The notes beneath the pieces were generated by a model. It had not been told where the DNA came from. It ran no database searches and was given only the letters and a program-made list of their open reading frames with translations. DNA of 54,832 nt, the filler included, from Streblomastix strix (lineage: Eukaryota): assembly GCA_008636045.1 (NCBI GenBank). It is 3 parts of 3 records of this genome, joined end to end, with 100 filler letters (N's around TTAATTAATTAA, not from the genome) between each part and the next. Parts side by side here need not be neighbours in the genome. Positions count along the whole stretch, not along the records: positions 36,641 to 54,832 come from SNRW01000630.1; 2 more parts are not named here. One strand, written 5' to 3'. The position numbers and the translations under genes were made by a program. Positions within the stretch are counted from its first letter, which is position 1, and each line of letters opens with the position of its first letter. Shown piece after piece: positions 51,664 to 54,832 of the stretch.

Positions 51664-52619
51664 ATATTCAATCATTATGTTTCAATTCAAATCAATGAAT
51701 AAAATATATTTTTTGAATTTATAATGTCTAATAAATTTATTGTATTTAATGAAATGGTTAATACAAATGACAATATTCAAATTAGTTTGAATGATATGTA
51801 ATGATTAAAATAAATCAATTAAAAAATAAATAAATATTATTAAATACAAATAAAATAAACTTCATCTTCTTAATCTGCATTCTTTCTCGAGTATAACAAA
51901 TCCATCTCATTCAATAATGGCTTTGTTGACTAATTCATATCAAATGAAGATGAAATAATTATCAAATATTATTTATATTAAACATTTATATAATTCATAC
52001 CTTAGTTCTGTATTGGATTTCTATGTATTAATTTGAATATGATTATTTATCAGAGTCAATCATCAATGTTTTCAAATGATTGTTTATCTCCTTTAGAATT
52101 AATATATTTGTTATTTCGTTAGAATGGAAGAGTTGATAAATGCAAATTATTGTTGTATCTTTCATTCAATTATCTATATTTTATTGAAGTAGAGAATACA
52201 ATGTTTTATTATAATTATATGCTTACATTGCATTGAAATGTGGATGTGGTTGTTTATTGGATGTTGTTCTTGTTCTTAATAAGAAGAATAATGTTTATTG
52301 ATTTGATTATGTTGGTTATAATCTAAAAGAATAAGAAGGTTATATTAAATGTATTAATCCAGATCTACCATTCATGATATAGATTTGTAATCTGATCTCA
52401 TTACTTTCTTGTATTGCATTGATTTCATTTATAACAGAATATCAAAATGATGATTAATCAAGTTATCTGTTTGAAAAGAACTAAATAATTACAAAAATTA
52501 TTCTAGGAGAGATTATTCAGAGTCAAAATTATTCATCTTTCTATCTATTAATGCTAAATAAAGAATAAGAAATTAATTCTAAAATAATTAGAATCGGATG
52601 ATATTCTTATATCAACAAT

Positions 52620-52880
52620 AAAATAATATAGAAAAGATAATGAACTTCGACTTTAAATAATCTAATCAGGAGCAGTGGATGCAATTCTGCTTACAGTCGC
52701 AAACAAAGAACTTAATTAAGTCACATTTAGGTGCTCATATGCATTCATTCATCTTACATATCAAACTAATCATATAAGTCTGCAATTTGCGTGAATATTT
52801 TGCACATTTATAAGATAACTAGCAAGAAGAATCTTTATATAGGTCCTTTTCGGAAGAACTTATCTACTATTTTGCAGGTT
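52620..52880 (+). pseudogene. Fragment of a host ARM-like helical-repeat gene
   Basis: KDNELRLQIIQSGAVDAILLTVANKELNQVTFRCSYAFIHLT resembles an ARM repeat; surrounding frames are broken. Confidence 0.35.
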
Positions 52881-53887
52881 CTAAATAAAAAAGATAAAAA
52901 GAATAATTACAATATAGGAAATTAAATGAAAATATAAAAATAATAATTGTACGTGAATAATGAATGAGAAATAATTCGGAAAATAAAAATCAGTTTCTAA
53001 CAATTATGTTAAGAATAAAAATTATTACAAATTGCAAAAAGAACAGAAAAATAAAGAAATTAATTAATATTTAAGATTATAATCTATTTCTTTTATCATG
53101 ACAATGAGTTATGCGATGATTAAAATTAGAAAAAGTTCACATGTATTTAGAACGATGCATAAGAAATTGAATATATAATTAATAAATGTTATGAATGTAA
53201 AAATTGTAATAGCGTAAAATTATAAAGTTTTATTAGAGTATAAATTTTAATAGAAGCTGAAATTCGACTTTTTATTGTTCTGGTGTATATTGATAATAAA
53301 AAGAATTAAAAACTAAAATATTATGCCATAAATAATGCATGCACAAAATTAACGGATATTTCGCATTGTTTGAACACATGTACGCTAAATGGTGTGTATT
53401 TTTCTTTCCAAATAAGGCGCTGCTTTTTCTACTCACACTGTAATAGAATTATCTCATAATTTTCGCCTCTATTGTTTCTTGTGTTTGTACGATATTTCTA
53501 CAATTTATTTTAAATTATACAACTTATCTTTCACTTTTAAGCATAATTTTTTGAAATTTATTATTCAGATGAATTTATACTAACGTTTCCATTTATTTAT
53601 TAAATATTTCTTTTAATTTCTTCAGACAAAACTATATTATTTAATAATTTTGGAATTTCAACTCAATTAATCTCTTTATTGCTCCATTAACTTTTAATGA
53701 AATTTTAATTTTTATAATTTGCAATTACAGAATCAATAAATTTTAATTTTTATTTATTATTAATTATATTATAATAGAAAATATTATTAAACTATTTTAT
53801 TGATTTAAGTAAATTTTTACTGTTAGATTCATCCATCATTAACTGATTTATTTATTAACTTTTTTTTCTCATATATTTTCAGTTGAA

Positions 53888-54414
53888 ATGGAAAAATCTA
53901 CTTATCGTCCTGATTAAACTTCATTATTCAATACAATAAGTGGCGCAGATTTATAAGTATGAATATTTTATATTTTATTCCATATTTAATCACTTTATTA
54001 ATTTTTTCAGACAATTATTCCACATTTGACTCAAGATCTCGAATCAGATGTAACAAATCTGCATATTCCTGCACTTAGATAATTACTGGAGATTATATTG
54101 GATAGTATTATTTCATTATCTTATTCTATTATTCTGTTATATTCACATTTACCTTTCTTATAATTTCAGATCGTGAAAACAAAGATTTGACATCGAAATA
54201 CAAATTGATGCTTTTTTTGAACAAATTTGTTGGAAATGTTGAAAAGAATGAAGAATATGTTTGAATTTTTTATTAATTATTATTATTATAATTTAACTAT
54301 TTTTTATCAGGTTCTGAGCACAACAATCTTACATGTTATTGGAGTTCGAAATGGAAGTGATAACAAAATTATTGTTGCTAGTGCTGCAACCGATTCAATT
54401 ATTCTTTCTTTATT
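53888..54414 (+). CDS. 5' exons of a host ARM-like helical-repeat protein, apparently interrupted at ~54450
   Basis: GT-AG spliced: MEKSTYRPDQTSLFNTISGADLQ/TIIPHLTQDLESDVTNLHIPALRQLLEIILD/RENKDL...VEKNEEY/VLSTTILHVIGVRNGSDNKIIVASAATDSIILSLF. Confidence 0.6.
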
Positions 54415-54506
54415 TGTTTTATTTACTTATCATTCAATATAATTAGAAATTTGAACCATATGTTGTAGTTTTGAACTGTGTTGACTTAACTGAAAGAACT
54501 TCCTAA

Positions 54507-54832
54507 TCACAGTTCATCTTGAATCCAATCTTGCGTTAAAGCGCTGAAATAACAATAAACAATAAACAATAATAACAAATTTATATAATAAACAATTAAT
54601 AACATAAACATAAACAAACCCTTCGACTCAATCAGAATATTCAGAACGTTAATCACAAACAGAGACACGTACATATGCGGAGGAATCAACCTTCTGGCTC
54701 CTTCAACAAATACATACTCACTCTCAACCTTATGAGTCTATTTAAGCGTCTAGAACCAGAAAAGCGGCATTCCAATAATCTCACCACTTTTGGGGTCTCT
54801 GGAAACTTCTTTTCCATCTGAACCCCAAATGA
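54507..54832 (-). other. 3' end of an unidentified GC-richer ORF running in from the window edge (possibly a mobile element)
   Basis: IWGSDGKEVSRDPKSGEIIGMPLFWFQTLKQTHKVESEYVFVEGARRLIPPHM...; composition shifts at ~54450. Confidence 0.3.

Overview
The window is three unrelated AT-rich eukaryotic contigs of about 18.2 kb each (1-18221, 18322-36540, 36641-54832), joined by artificial N44-TTAATTAATTAA-N44 linkers. The supplied ORF track is misleading because this genome reads TAA/TAG as Gln with TGA as the only stop (table 6-like) and has short GT-AG introns. The code and gene families suggest an oxymonad such as Streblomastix strix (inference). Contig 1 holds host genes: a CK1-like pseudokinase with a poly-Gln tail, a degenerate Rho-domain/coiled-coil/NEK-like kinase fusion, and a giant Q/N-rich LRR+IQ gene. 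Contig 2 is a nest of mobile DNA: a decayed mariner, and an 8.07-kb element with 298-bp terminal inverted repeats (rve integrase + protein-primed PolB + one unknown ORF, no capsid genes) inserted in the middle of another element's primase gene. Contig 3 holds most of an endogenous Polinton/Maverick-like virus (fiber-like repeat protein, amphipathic pVI-like protein, probable major capsid protein, KilA-N, A32-like packaging ATPase, pPolB, integrase N-terminus). Its gene modules are bracketed by a family of alternating inverted intergenic repeats with pair-specific central spacers, and its polymerase gene carries tiny in-frame GAA-loop double-hairpin insertions. All translations were done by eye, so coordinates of decayed genes are approximate.
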